A model generated the notes under the pieces. That model was not told where the DNA came from. It ran no database searches and saw nothing but the letters and a program-made list of their open reading frames with translations. Shown piece after piece: positions 37,147 to 46,488 of a stretch of DNA of 64,000 nt. The stretch spans positions 2,755 through 66,754 of the forward strand of contig JBEKRC010000002.1 in NCBI GenBank assembly GCA_049997875.1. Direction: 5' to 3'. This DNA comes from Minisyncoccia bacterium. Lineage in GTDB: Bacteria > Patescibacteriota > Minisyncoccia > UBA6257 > 2-01-FULL-56-20. The stretch's first letter is position 1. The number at the start of each line of letters is the position of its first letter. A program made the position numbers and the translations under genes.

Positions 37147-38922
37147 ATGCCCGCCCTGACCCGCACGTGTCAAAACTGCAAATCCTCGTTCGCGATTGAG
37201 TCCGAGGATTTTGATTTCTATAAAAGAATAGCCGTCCCGCCGCCGACCTTCTGCCCGACGTGTCAGATACAGCGGCGGTTCTGCTTCAGGAATGAGCGGT
37301 CGTTCTATAAACGCAAAGAATCGTTGCGAGGGGAAGAGATTATTTCTTCCGTCTCTGCCGAAAAACCTTATAAGGTCTATGCGCAAAAAGATTGGTGGAG
37401 CGATGCGTGGGATCCGATGGTATATGGGCGGGAATATGATTTCAAAAAGCCGTTCTCGGCGCAATTCCGGGAATTGATGCGGGAGGTCCCGTGGCCAGCG
37501 CTCACGAACTGGAACGCAACGAACAGCGAGTATTGCAATTACACCACAGATAACAAAAACTGTTATCTTCTGATCGGTTCCGATTTCAACGAGGACTGCT
37601 CGTACGGTTACATGAACTTTCACTCCAAAGACAGCCTCGACCAACACTGGGTGGAGAAAGTTGAACTATCGTACGAGTGCATTGACGTGAATAATTGCTT
37701 TAAAGTGAGCTTTTGCCAAAACATACGTGACTGTACGGAATCGGTGTTTCTGTTTGATTGTACGAATTGTCATCATTGCGTGGGATGCGTGGGGCTTCGC
37801 AACAAGTCACATCACATTTTTAATGAGCCGTACGCGAGAGAGGAATTTGAAAAGAAATTCGCAGAACTTCGCCTTTCCACCCGTTCGGGCCTGGAAAAAA
37901 CCGGGAAAATATTCGCCGGCCTTAGATCAAAGTTCCCCCACAAATTTGCGGACATTTATAAATCGGTGAATTGCACGGGCGACAAAATACAGAACTCAAA
38001 GAACTGCCATGCGTGTTTTGACCTCCTGAACGAAGTGGAGGATTCAAAGAACGTGATCATTTCGGCGGTTTGCAAGGATGTGCATTGTGCGGATCATGTC
38101 GGGTGGGGAGGGGAACTTGTCTACGATTCAATCGTAGTGTTCTCCGGCGTAAAAAATGTCAGATTCTCGGCATTCATAAGGTCCTCTCAGGATATAACCT
38201 ATTCCATTTCATGTTCTTCCTCTTCCGATCTGTTCGGCTGTGTCGGGCTGAAGAATAAGCAGTATTGCATCCTGAACAAGCAATATTCCAAGGAGGCCTA
38301 TGGAACGCTCGTATCAAAGATCTTGAAGCATATGGATGAAATGCCCTATGTGGATTCCAACGGAGCGGTATATCGATTTGGGGAATTTTTTCCACCCGAA
38401 CTGTCACCCTTTGCTTACAACGAATCCATCGCCCAAGAATATTTTCCGCTCACAAAAAGCGAAGTGATGCGGCACAAGCTCGCCTGGCGGGAGGACGATG
38501 AAAAGCAGCACCATGTTTCCAAGATGGTGGAGGAACTTCCCGATGGCATCGCGGAAGTAACAGACGCGATTTTGGACGATATTATTGAGTGTGCGCACAA
38601 AGGGCAATGTGCGGACCAATGCACATCGGCTTTCCGGATCATTCCATCCGAGCTGCAGTTCCATAAGAGGTTGAATTTGCCTCTGTCCCGTCTTTGCCCG
38701 AATTGCCGATATTATGAACGGTTGCGGATGAGGAACCCAATGAAACTTTGGCATCGTGCCTGTGCATGCACGGGGACAGTTTCCTCAAATGGAGCATACG
38801 AGAACACGGTGTCGCATCAGCACGGGTCAAACAAGTGCCCCAATGAATTTGAAACCTCCTATGCCCCCGAGCGCTCCGAGATCGTTTACTGCGAGCAGTG
38901 CTATCAGGCGGAGGTCGCTTGA
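37147..38922 (+). CDS. Cys-rich tandem-paralog protein 1 (double zinc-ribbon-flanked CxxC-repeat protein)
   Basis: 591 aa with no signal peptide. N-terminal CQNC...FYKRIAVPPPTFCPTCQIQRR, central CxxCxGC repeats (FDCTNCHHCVGCVGLRNK; SCSSSSDLFGCVGLKNKQYCILNKQYSKEAY), and C-terminal LPLSRLCPNCRYYERLRMRNP...CPNEFETSYAPERSEIVYCEQCYQAEV. Confidence 0.8.
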   Translation: MPALTRTCQNCKSSFAIESEDFDFYKRIAVPPPTFCPTCQIQRRFCFRNERSFYKRKESLRGEEIISSVSAEKPYKVYAQKDWWSDAWDPMVYGREYDFKKPFSAQFRELMREVPWPALTNWNATNSEYCNYTTDNKNCYLLIGSDFNEDCSYGYMNFHSKDSLDQHWVEKVELSYECIDVNNCFKVSFCQNIRDCTESVFLFDCTNCHHCVGCVGLRNKSHHIFNEPYAREEFEKKFAELRLSTRSGLEKTGKIFAGLRSKFPHKFADIYKSVNCTGDKIQNSKNCHACFDLLNEVEDSKNVIISAVCKDVHCADHVGWGGELVYDSIVVFSGVKNVRFSAFIRSSQDITYSISCSSSSDLFGCVGLKNKQYCILNKQYSKEAYGTLVSKILKHMDEMPYVDSNGAVYRFGEFFPPELSPFAYNESIAQEYFPLTKSEVMRHKLAWREDDEKQHHVSKMVEELPDGIAEVTDAILDDIIECAHKGQCADQCTSAFRIIPSELQFHKRLNLPLSRLCPNCRYYERLRMRNPMKLWHRACACTGTVSSNGAYENTVSHQHGSNKCPNEFETSYAPERSEIVYCEQCYQAEVA

Positions 38923-38960
38923 AGTAGGCGGGGCCACATTAAAAAATCATTAAAAACTAT

Positions 38961-38989
38961 TTGACGTAGGATGCGGCGTTGCTATAATT
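38961..38989 (+). promoter_or_regulatory. Near-consensus sigma70 promoter
   Basis: TTGACG (38961-38966), 17-nt spacer, TATAAT (38984-38989). Confidence 0.55.
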
Positions 38990-38995
38990 AAGGAA

Positions 38996-39052
38996 ATCTT
39001 TGGGATTACCCACCGATCCCCGCCCCTTCACGGGGCGGGGTGACGATTTTTT
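38996..39052 (+). ncRNA. Candidate small RNA (about 55 nt), antisense to the 3' end of the MazF-like toxin gene
   Basis: The consensus promoter is followed within about 25 nt by an intrinsic terminator. It has a 9-bp GC stem (CCCCGCCCC-ttcac-GGGGCGGGG, 39018-39040) and a T6 tract (39047-39052). No plausible CDS lies between them. Confidence 0.4.
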
Positions 39053-39449
39053 GAGGATCATAAAATATAAGAAAAGCATCAATTATCTTTTGAAAGTTGC
39101 CCATGCTCAGCATGCCGACTTTTTGCGTAAGGCGTTTTGCGTCAAAAATTCTGATCTGACTGAGGATTGCCATACGTTTCTTCTCGCCATGTTGTATAGG
39201 AACATACCAGCTGCCAGTTTTTTGTTGTGTGGTGAGCGGAATTCCAAGAAAGGAATTGGCACTGAATTTTTTGAATACGAGAACCGGGCGCGTAAACCGC
39301 TTTCCCTTGCCGTAGATTTCTACGCCGATGTTCATGCCAATGCTGCACCACCAGATTTCTCCCTCCTTGAAGAGTTTTTGTGATGACAGGGTTTGTAATA
39401 TCACCGTCCTATGCCACCAGCCGAGAAGTGCGAGAAAATATTGTAGCAT
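39006..39449 (-). CDS. MazF/PemK-family toxin-like protein (orphan, opposite strand within the array)
   Basis: GEIWWCSIGMNIGVEIYGKGKRFTRPVLVFKK...GIPLTTQQK...LSQIRIFDAKRL follows the MazF/PemK/Kid pattern (G-D/E-I-W; R-P-x-L-V; conserved T; C-terminal RL). No antitoxin-sized ORF is adjacent. Confidence 0.55.
   Translation of the reverse strand: MLQYFLALLGWWHRTVILQTLSSQKLFKEGEIWWCSIGMNIGVEIYGKGKRFTRPVLVFKKFSANSFLGIPLTTQQKTGSWYVPIQHGEKKRMAILSQIRIFDAKRLTQKVGMLSMGNFQKIIDAFLIFYDPQKIVTPPREGAGIGG
39018..39052 (+). terminator. Rho-independent terminator (+ strand)
   Basis: Perfect 9-bp G/C stem, 5-nt loop, and a TTTTTT tail after a 6-nt spacer. Confidence 0.65.
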
Positions 39450-39521
39450 CTCGCCACCTTACCACACCGCCCATTAAAACTTTGTTAAATTTCCGACCTA
39501 CGAGCGTGTTATACTGTCTAT

Positions 39522-41300
39522 GTGGTGAACGAGACCAGAATTTGTCAGAACTGCAAACAGCGGTTTGCGATTGAATCGGGGGACTCCGCGTTTTACGAGA
39601 AGATGCAGGTGCCGCCGCCGACGTTTTGCCCGGACTGCCGGTTGCAACGGCGGATGGCGTTCCGCAATGAACGCACGCTCTACAAGCGGAAGTGTGAAGC
39701 CCCCGGGCACTCGGAGGAGGTAATCTCTGTCTTTTCGGCGGACAATCCGCAGCGGGTGTACGACCAGGAGGCGTGGTGGAGCGATTCCTGGGATCCCATG
39801 GCCTACGGGCGGGAACCCGATTTTGTGAAGCCGCTCATTCCGCAGATCATGGATTTATGGAAAGAGGTGCCGGACATCGCCCTCATGAACAACAACTGCG
39901 TGAACAGCGAGTATTGCAGCATCACCGAGGAGAACAAGAACTGCTATCTCGTGATCGGAGGGGATTTCAACGAAAACTCCTCTTATTCCTCGTTTATTTT
40001 CCACTGCAAGGAGACGCTTGATTGCCACTGGGTTTCCAAGAGCGAATTTTGTTACGAGAGCCTTGACTGCATCTCCTGCTCGCGGCTTTTCTTCAGCCAA
40101 TTCTGCGAAGGATGCTACGAGAGTGCGTTCCTCTTCAATTGCAAAAACTGCCACGATTGCTTCGGATGCACCAATTTGAACAACAAATCATACTGCATCT
40201 GGAACGTTCAGTATTCAAAAGAAGATTACGAAACTAAGATAAAGGAATTTGATCTGGGGAGTTCCGCCGCCATTTTCCAATTCAGGGAAAGAGCGAAAAA
40301 GGAGCAGCTTTTATATCCTCGGCGATTTGCGCGCGTGCTCCGGTCGGTCAATGCTACCGGCGACAATATTGAAGGCGGAAAAAACTGCAAGCGATCGTTT
40401 GAAATTTTTGATGGAGCCGAAGATTGCGCCTATCTATGGCTCATCTATTCGAAGGTGCGGGATTGTTACGACACCGATCATTCCGGCTTGAGCTCCGAAT
40501 TGTGCTGCGATTCGTCAACCATATATCCGGGGAGCCGCATTCTTTTCTCACGTTTCATCCGTTCCTGCAAGGATACGTATTACAGCTATAACTGCCACAA
40601 CTGCTCGGATATTTTTGGCTGCGTCGGACTTCGGAATAAAAAATACTGCGTTCTCAATAAACAATATTCGGAGAAGGAATATAGAACGCTGGTGCCAAAA
40701 CTCGTCGCACACATGAACAGCGCGCCGTACATCGATACCAAGGGAAGAATCTATAAATACGGCGAATTTTTCCCCGTTGAACTTTCGCCCTTTGCCTATA
40801 ACGAAACGGTTTCCCAAGAGCTTTTCCCGTTGACCAAGGGAGAAGCTGCAGCGCGCGGATATCAATGGCGCGAGCCAGAGAAAAGAGACCGCGATATAGC
40901 CAATGCGGTTTCCGGCGTGCCAGATCATATTAAAGATACCGACGATTCTATTCTTTCAAAGATCATAAAATGTGCTCATGCTGATTCCCATTGCTCGCAT
41001 CAATGCACGAAAGCATTCCGGCCGATCGCATCAGAACTTCAATTTTACAAACATGTAAAAATCGCCTTCCCTCGGTTATGTCCCAACTGCCGCCACTATG
41101 AGCGGATCGTAAAGAGGAACCCATTGAAGCTTTGGCATAGGAAGTGCATGTGTGGGGGAACACAATCAAAAAACTATGCAAACGCAGCGCCGCATTTTCA
41201 CAAGAACAATCCGTGCGGAAACGAATTTGAGACGACCTATGCCCCCGACCGGCCGGAGATCGTCTACTGCGAGCAATGTTACCAGGCAGAGGTCGTATAA
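39522..41300 (+). CDS. Cys-rich tandem-paralog protein 2
   Basis: GTG start. 592 aa with the same three-part architecture (N-ribbon CQNC..CPDCRLQRR; central CxxC repeats; C-ribbon CPNCRHYER...YCEQCYQAEVV). Conserved WWSDSWDP and GEFFPVELSPFAYNET blocks. Confidence 0.8.
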   Translation: MVNETRICQNCKQRFAIESGDSAFYEKMQVPPPTFCPDCRLQRRMAFRNERTLYKRKCEAPGHSEEVISVFSADNPQRVYDQEAWWSDSWDPMAYGREPDFVKPLIPQIMDLWKEVPDIALMNNNCVNSEYCSITEENKNCYLVIGGDFNENSSYSSFIFHCKETLDCHWVSKSEFCYESLDCISCSRLFFSQFCEGCYESAFLFNCKNCHDCFGCTNLNNKSYCIWNVQYSKEDYETKIKEFDLGSSAAIFQFRERAKKEQLLYPRRFARVLRSVNATGDNIEGGKNCKRSFEIFDGAEDCAYLWLIYSKVRDCYDTDHSGLSSELCCDSSTIYPGSRILFSRFIRSCKDTYYSYNCHNCSDIFGCVGLRNKKYCVLNKQYSEKEYRTLVPKLVAHMNSAPYIDTKGRIYKYGEFFPVELSPFAYNETVSQELFPLTKGEAAARGYQWREPEKRDRDIANAVSGVPDHIKDTDDSILSKIIKCAHADSHCSHQCTKAFRPIASELQFYKHVKIAFPRLCPNCRHYERIVKRNPLKLWHRKCMCGGTQSKNYANAAPHFHKNNPCGNEFETTYAPDRPEIVYCEQCYQAEVV

Positions 41301-41307
41301 TTGAAGC

Positions 41308-42954
41308 ATGACGGCCACGTGCACCTCGTGCGGCAAGGAGATTCAAGGAGTCGCGGAAGACACCGCATTTCTTGAGAGATTCGGCGTCTCGCATCCCGGG
41401 GAATGCGCGTTTTGCCTATGGCGACGACTGCTTGCGTTCTGGGTCTTCGGCAAATTCAGAAAGACGAAGTCCGCGCTCTCCGGCAAGACGATCATCACCA
41501 CGTTCGGAGAGGAGGTAAAATTCCCGCTCTACGACCGTACCGAATGGGTTTCGGATGCGTGGGACCCGCTCGCCTACGGGCAGGAATACGATCCAAGTCG
41601 TTCGTTCTTTGCGCAATTCAAAGAACTGCAGGATCGCGTGCCGCACCCGCAGCAATCAGGAACGAACAATCTTCGCTCCGATTGGTGCGACGACGTGTGG
41701 AGTTCAAAGGATTGTTATCTCATCCGATCGCTCCTGGGGTGCGAGAATTTGTATTACGGCTACCGTGACCTCCGCTGCAAGAACTCCGTTGACCTTGTTT
41801 TCTGCTTTGACGTGGAATCGTCGTATGACTGCGCGTACTGTTTCAAGGATTACAAAGTGCGGCATGCCTTTGATGCGCGGGACAGCATGGAAAGCGCATT
41901 CCTCTACGATTGTCGGAATGTGCAGAATTGCTTTATGTGCTGGAACCTTCGCAACAAGCGGTATCACATCTTGAACAAGCCCTACTCAAAAGAGGCGTAT
42001 TTTGAGGAATTGAAGAAATACGATCTGCGTTCGCGGAAAAGCGTTGATGCGTTGAAAACGGAGTTCGCGCAGATCCTCGCAAAAGAAGCAGTCCATCGGG
42101 TGAATTACAACGTGAAAACGGTCAGTTCCCTCGGCAATTTCCTTGAAGAATGCAAGAACTGTTATGATTGCTATTTCATCCAATTTGCCGAGAACAACCG
42201 GCACATGTTCCGCGGGCTCTACATGAAGGACTCCATCTATGGCGTTGGTACGATCGTAGAAAAAGGTTTGTATTCGGTCGTGGACAATGAGTGCTACGAC
42301 ACCATCGCCACCATGCATTGCGACAAATGCCGCTATTCCGCCTATTTGGATTTCTGCGAAGAATGCGAGTATTGCTTCGGGTGCGTGAGTTTGCGGAAGA
42401 AGAAATATTGCATTTTGAACAAGCAGTACTCCGAAGCGGAGTATCGCGCGTTATTACCGAAGATAAAAGAATCGATGGTGAAAATAGGGGAGTGGGGCAA
42501 ATTTTTCCCCTATGCTATGGCGTACGGCGGCTATAATTTTTCCCACGCGAACGCCTTCTTTCCCTCTATGAAGAAAGAGGTTGAAAAGATAGGCGGGATT
42601 TGGGAAGAGGTGCGCGAAACTGCAGCCGCCGACGGCATCTCGGGCAGCGCATTGCCCGATCGCATTGACGACGTATCGGACGATATGCCGCAGAAGCAGA
42701 TCATTTGTCCCAGAACCGGTTGGCGATTCAATATCGCTCCCGGTGAACTCGCGTTCTACAAGTCACACGGTATTCCACTGCCGCAATATCATTTTGATGT
42801 CCGCATTCTGGAGCTTTTCAAACCACTCACATGGATACGGCCGTTCGTCGCGAACTGCGTTTTCTGCAAGAAAGAAACCACACACTATTATCCACCCGAA
42901 GCCGGATATCAAAAGATAGCATGTGAGGATTGCTATATTAAGGAGGTATCATAA
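41308..42954 (+). CDS. Cys-rich tandem-paralog protein 3 (most diverged; terminal ribbons partly degenerate)
   Basis: 548 aa. N-terminus CTSC...CAFC, C-terminus CPRTGWRF...CVFCKK...CEDCY. The central CxxC repeat blocks are conserved (CRNVQNCFMCWNLRNKRYHILNKPYSKEAY). Confidence 0.75.
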   Translation: MTATCTSCGKEIQGVAEDTAFLERFGVSHPGECAFCLWRRLLAFWVFGKFRKTKSALSGKTIITTFGEEVKFPLYDRTEWVSDAWDPLAYGQEYDPSRSFFAQFKELQDRVPHPQQSGTNNLRSDWCDDVWSSKDCYLIRSLLGCENLYYGYRDLRCKNSVDLVFCFDVESSYDCAYCFKDYKVRHAFDARDSMESAFLYDCRNVQNCFMCWNLRNKRYHILNKPYSKEAYFEELKKYDLRSRKSVDALKTEFAQILAKEAVHRVNYNVKTVSSLGNFLEECKNCYDCYFIQFAENNRHMFRGLYMKDSIYGVGTIVEKGLYSVVDNECYDTIATMHCDKCRYSAYLDFCEECEYCFGCVSLRKKKYCILNKQYSEAEYRALLPKIKESMVKIGEWGKFFPYAMAYGGYNFSHANAFFPSMKKEVEKIGGIWEEVRETAAADGISGSALPDRIDDVSDDMPQKQIICPRTGWRFNIAPGELAFYKSHGIPLPQYHFDVRILELFKPLTWIRPFVANCVFCKKETTHYYPPEAGYQKIACEDCYIKEVS

Positions 42955-42959
42955 AGGCA

Positions 42960-44666
42960 ATGAACGCGGAAACCAGAGCCTGCCAAAACTGCAAACAGCA
43001 ATTCGCCGTTGATCCGGAGGATTTCCAGTTCTACGGGAAGGTTAATGTTCCGCCGCCGACCTTTTGCCCGGACTGCCGTTTTGAGCGGCGGCTTTTGTTT
43101 TGGAACGCGATCAATCTTTATAAACGACCCTGCGATTTATGCAAGAGATTCAACGTTTCGGTGTACGCGCCCGACGCCCCCTACACCGTGTACTGTCCCT
43201 TGTGCTGGTGGAGCGACAAGTGGGATCCGCTCACGTACGGACGGGAGTACGATTTCAGACGTCCCTTTTTTGAACAGCTCAACGAGCTGTGGCACGCGGC
43301 GCCGTTGTGCGGCTTGTCCATGGATCTTCCTTCAGCGAGATCCTCGCCGTATAACCACGACGCTGGCTATCTGAAAAATTGCTATTTTCTTTTTCACGCC
43401 GATACGTGCGAGGATTGCGCCTACGGCTATTTCTTGGGCAAATGCCGGATGCTTTTTGATTGCACGGCCATATTGCAGAGCGAATATGGATACGATGCTA
43501 TGCACTCATACAAGACAAATAGGTGCATCGGATCGCGGGACCAGCTCTCGGAGTCGTTGGAGTGTCTCTTCTGCCGCGATTGTCAGGGCTGCCAGAATTG
43601 TTTCGCCTCCGCGAACCTGAAGGGCCAGAAATATTACGCGTGGAACAAACCGCTTTCCAAACAAGAATATCTTGCGGAAATCGGTAAGTATGATTTGGGA
43701 TCCTACCGCGTTTACCGATCGCTCCAAGAAAAAGCGGCAGAGCACTGGAAAACGCAAATTCCGAAATCGGAATACAACGAATTCGTGAAAAATTGCACCG
43801 GCTCAAACGTGTTCTTTTCAAAAAACGCCAAGGATTGCATTGAGGTATCCGAGGTGGAAGATGGCCGGTATTGCTATCGCATGTTCGAGCCGACCAATAA
43901 GGATTGCTACGATATTTCCATGTGGGGCAATAACCTTTCGCTGTCGTACGACAGCTGCGTGGTGGGGGAGAATTCCACGCAGCTCCGGTTTACCCACGAA
44001 TCCGGCCTCAATCTTACCGATGCGGAATATTGCCGATTGTCCACGGGCGGCTCCCACCACTTCGGTTGCGTTTCGATCAAAAAAGGGGAATACCGGATTT
44101 TCAACAAGGTGTATTCCGCGAAAGAGTACGACGAACTTACAAAAAGGATTCGGAAACACATGGATGACATGCCATATACGGATGCGCGGGGCAATGTCTA
44201 TCGCTATGGCGAATTTTTTCCGCCGGAAATGTCGCCTTTTGCGTATAATGAAACGCTGGCACAGAATTTCTTTCCGCTCACGAGGGAGCAAGTCGCCGCG
44301 AAGAAATACGCATGGCGAGATCTTGAGGTAAAAGATATGGAAGCGACCATATCGGCTGCCGACCTCCCCGATCACACGAAAGATGTTACTGATGGAATTC
44401 TCAAGGAAATCATAAAATGTGCAACCTGCAGCCGCTCCTATCGGATCATAGAAATGGAACTGGCATTCCTTCGGCAGATGAATCTGCCTTTGCCGCGCCG
44501 TTGCCCCTTCTGCCGGATAAACGAGAAGTTGAATATCTGGGTGAAGACCAATGAACGCAACCGGCGCGTATGTGCGGAGTGCGGCGCCGCCATGGAGTCA
44601 AAGTATCGGGAAGACGAAGCGCCGGCGGTATATTGCCGGAAGTGTTATTTGCAAAAGATAATGTAG
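42960..44666 (+). CDS. Cys-rich tandem-paralog protein 4
   Basis: 568 aa. CQNCKQQFAVDPEDFQFYGKVNVPPPTFCPDCRFERR...; C-terminus LPLPRRCPFCRINEKL...CAECG...YCRKCYLQKIM. Confidence 0.8.
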   Translation: MNAETRACQNCKQQFAVDPEDFQFYGKVNVPPPTFCPDCRFERRLLFWNAINLYKRPCDLCKRFNVSVYAPDAPYTVYCPLCWWSDKWDPLTYGREYDFRRPFFEQLNELWHAAPLCGLSMDLPSARSSPYNHDAGYLKNCYFLFHADTCEDCAYGYFLGKCRMLFDCTAILQSEYGYDAMHSYKTNRCIGSRDQLSESLECLFCRDCQGCQNCFASANLKGQKYYAWNKPLSKQEYLAEIGKYDLGSYRVYRSLQEKAAEHWKTQIPKSEYNEFVKNCTGSNVFFSKNAKDCIEVSEVEDGRYCYRMFEPTNKDCYDISMWGNNLSLSYDSCVVGENSTQLRFTHESGLNLTDAEYCRLSTGGSHHFGCVSIKKGEYRIFNKVYSAKEYDELTKRIRKHMDDMPYTDARGNVYRYGEFFPPEMSPFAYNETLAQNFFPLTREQVAAKKYAWRDLEVKDMEATISAADLPDHTKDVTDGILKEIIKCATCSRSYRIIEMELAFLRQMNLPLPRRCPFCRINEKLNIWVKTNERNRRVCAECGAAMESKYREDEAPAVYCRKCYLQKIM

Positions 44667-44740
44667 AATTTTTTAATGTTTCTTGTCGGTTTTAAGGGGC
44701 TATCCTTTCTATTGCTTGGTTGCCTGGCAAAAGGAGTAAA

Positions 44741-44752
44741 ATGGAGGGGTAA
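44741..44752 (+). other. Three-codon mini-ORF (ATG GAG GGG TAA) with its own AAGGAG SD, immediately upstream of paralog 5
   Basis: AAGGAG is 6 nt upstream of ATG 44741, the stop is at 44750-44752, then a GGAGGGG-like SD precedes ATG 44757. Confidence 0.2.
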
Positions 44753-44756
44753 GGGC

Positions 44757-46481
44757 ATGGTTGCCGAGGCCAAAACCTGTGGGGCGTGCAAGGGGGAGTT
44801 CGCGCTTGAACCGGAGGATCTTGCATTCTACGGGAAGTTCGGCGTGCAGGCGCCGAAGATGTGCCCGCGGTGCCGCGCGCAGCGGAGGATGGCGTTCCGA
44901 AACGAGCGGGTGTTCTACAAACGAAAATGTGATAAGTGCGGGCGCGAGGTGGTTTCCATGTACAGTCCGAACAAACCGTACATAGTGTATTGTTACGAAT
45001 GCTGGTTCGCAGACGATTGGGATGCATTGAGCTACGGGACGGAGTACGATCCCGCGCGGCCGTTCATGGAACAGTTCCGCGAACTTTGGGAAAAGGTGCC
45101 GAAGGTGGCGCTCGTCTACATGCGGAGCGTGCGTTCGGAATACGTGAACATCTCGGCGGACAACAAGGATTGCTATATGCTTGTGGAGTCATCCAACAAC
45201 GAGGGATGTGTCCATTGTTATTGGATCCAGCAGTGCCGCGATCTCGTGGATGTTTCGTTCTCGCACCAGACGGAGCTTTCGTATGAATGCGACGATTGCT
45301 TCAATTGTTACGGACTGCAATATTCAAAAGGATGCCACGATTGCCGCAATAGTTATTTCTTGTTTGATTGCGTGGGATGCTCGGACTGCATCGGTTGCGC
45401 GAACCTCCGCAGCAAGCAGTACCATATTTGGAACGAGCCGCATTCCAAAGAGGAATACGAAGAGTTCCTCGCGGAGATGAAACTTGATACGCACGCCGGG
45501 GTTGAAGCGACGCACAGAAAGTTTGAGGAATTCTTGAACGCCCAGCCGCACAAATTCGCGGAGATCCTGAACGCGCCGGGCTGCACGGGGAATTACATCA
45601 AGAATGCCAAGAACTGCCGGCAGGTCTTCCATTGCTACGACGCGGAGGATGCGAAATACGGCATCCATGTGTGGCGCGACGCAAAGGACTGCATGGATGT
45701 GGATACGGCGGGCCGCGGTGCTCGTCTGATCTACAACTCCATCAATTCGGGCATTGAGGTTTCAAACTATATCGCCTGTGCGCAGTGCTGGACGTGTTCG
45801 TTCATGCAATATTCTTATTCCTGTTTCAATTGCAATCACTGTTTCGGTTGCGCGGGACTCCGGAAAAAGGACCGCTGCGTTCTGAATCGCGAATACGATA
45901 AGGCGTCGTACGAGCGGCTGCGCAGCGCCATCGTCGCCGAAATGAAGTCAAAAGGGGAATACGGCGAATTCTTTCCGGTCGCGATCAATACGTTCGGCTA
46001 CAACGAGAGCGCAGCACAGGAACAGTTCCCGCTCACGAAGGCGGAAGCGCTCGCGCAGGGATACAAATGGGAGGACGCCCATCGCGGAACCTTTGGGAAG
46101 GGAACCATCACGTGGGACAAGGTTCCCGATCACTATGACGGCTTTGATCCCACGCGGCATGTCTTTACGTGTGCGAATTGCAAACGGAATTATCTCATAA
46201 TCCCAAACGAAGCAATGTTCTATAAGAAGCTTGCGATCCCCGTGCCGCGCCTGTGTCCCGATTGCCGCCACACGCGCCGCTTCGCCGCCCGCGGGCCGAA
46301 CCGCGTTTCACGACAGCACTGCGAATGCGCGGGCGCGTCATCGGCCAACAAACGGTACCGCAACACGCGAGCTCATGCCCACGCGGACGCTCCATGCCCC
46401 AACGAATTTTGGACGAGCTATGCTGCGAACGACGAGCGGATCGTCTACTGCGAAGAGTGCTATAACGCAGAGGTGGCGTAG
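44757..46481 (+). CDS. Cys-rich tandem-paralog protein 5
   Basis: ATG at 44757 after GGAGGGG. 574 aa. MVAEAKTCGACKGEF...CPRCRAQRR, and a C-terminus CPDCRHTRRF...CPNEFWTSYAANDERIVYCEECYNAEVA. Confidence 0.8.
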   Translation: MVAEAKTCGACKGEFALEPEDLAFYGKFGVQAPKMCPRCRAQRRMAFRNERVFYKRKCDKCGREVVSMYSPNKPYIVYCYECWFADDWDALSYGTEYDPARPFMEQFRELWEKVPKVALVYMRSVRSEYVNISADNKDCYMLVESSNNEGCVHCYWIQQCRDLVDVSFSHQTELSYECDDCFNCYGLQYSKGCHDCRNSYFLFDCVGCSDCIGCANLRSKQYHIWNEPHSKEEYEEFLAEMKLDTHAGVEATHRKFEEFLNAQPHKFAEILNAPGCTGNYIKNAKNCRQVFHCYDAEDAKYGIHVWRDAKDCMDVDTAGRGARLIYNSINSGIEVSNYIACAQCWTCSFMQYSYSCFNCNHCFGCAGLRKKDRCVLNREYDKASYERLRSAIVAEMKSKGEYGEFFPVAINTFGYNESAAQEQFPLTKAEALAQGYKWEDAHRGTFGKGTITWDKVPDHYDGFDPTRHVFTCANCKRNYLIIPNEAMFYKKLAIPVPRLCPDCRHTRRFAARGPNRVSRQHCECAGASSANKRYRNTRAHAHADAPCPNEFWTSYAANDERIVYCEECYNAEVA

Positions 46482-46488
46482 CGAAGAC

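Noticed and set aside
39000-39383. 127-aa plus-strand ORF overlapping the MazF-like gene
   Set aside because: The minus-strand translation has recognisable PemK/MazF motifs while this one has none. The plus-strand terminator at 39018-39052 would truncate its mRNA.
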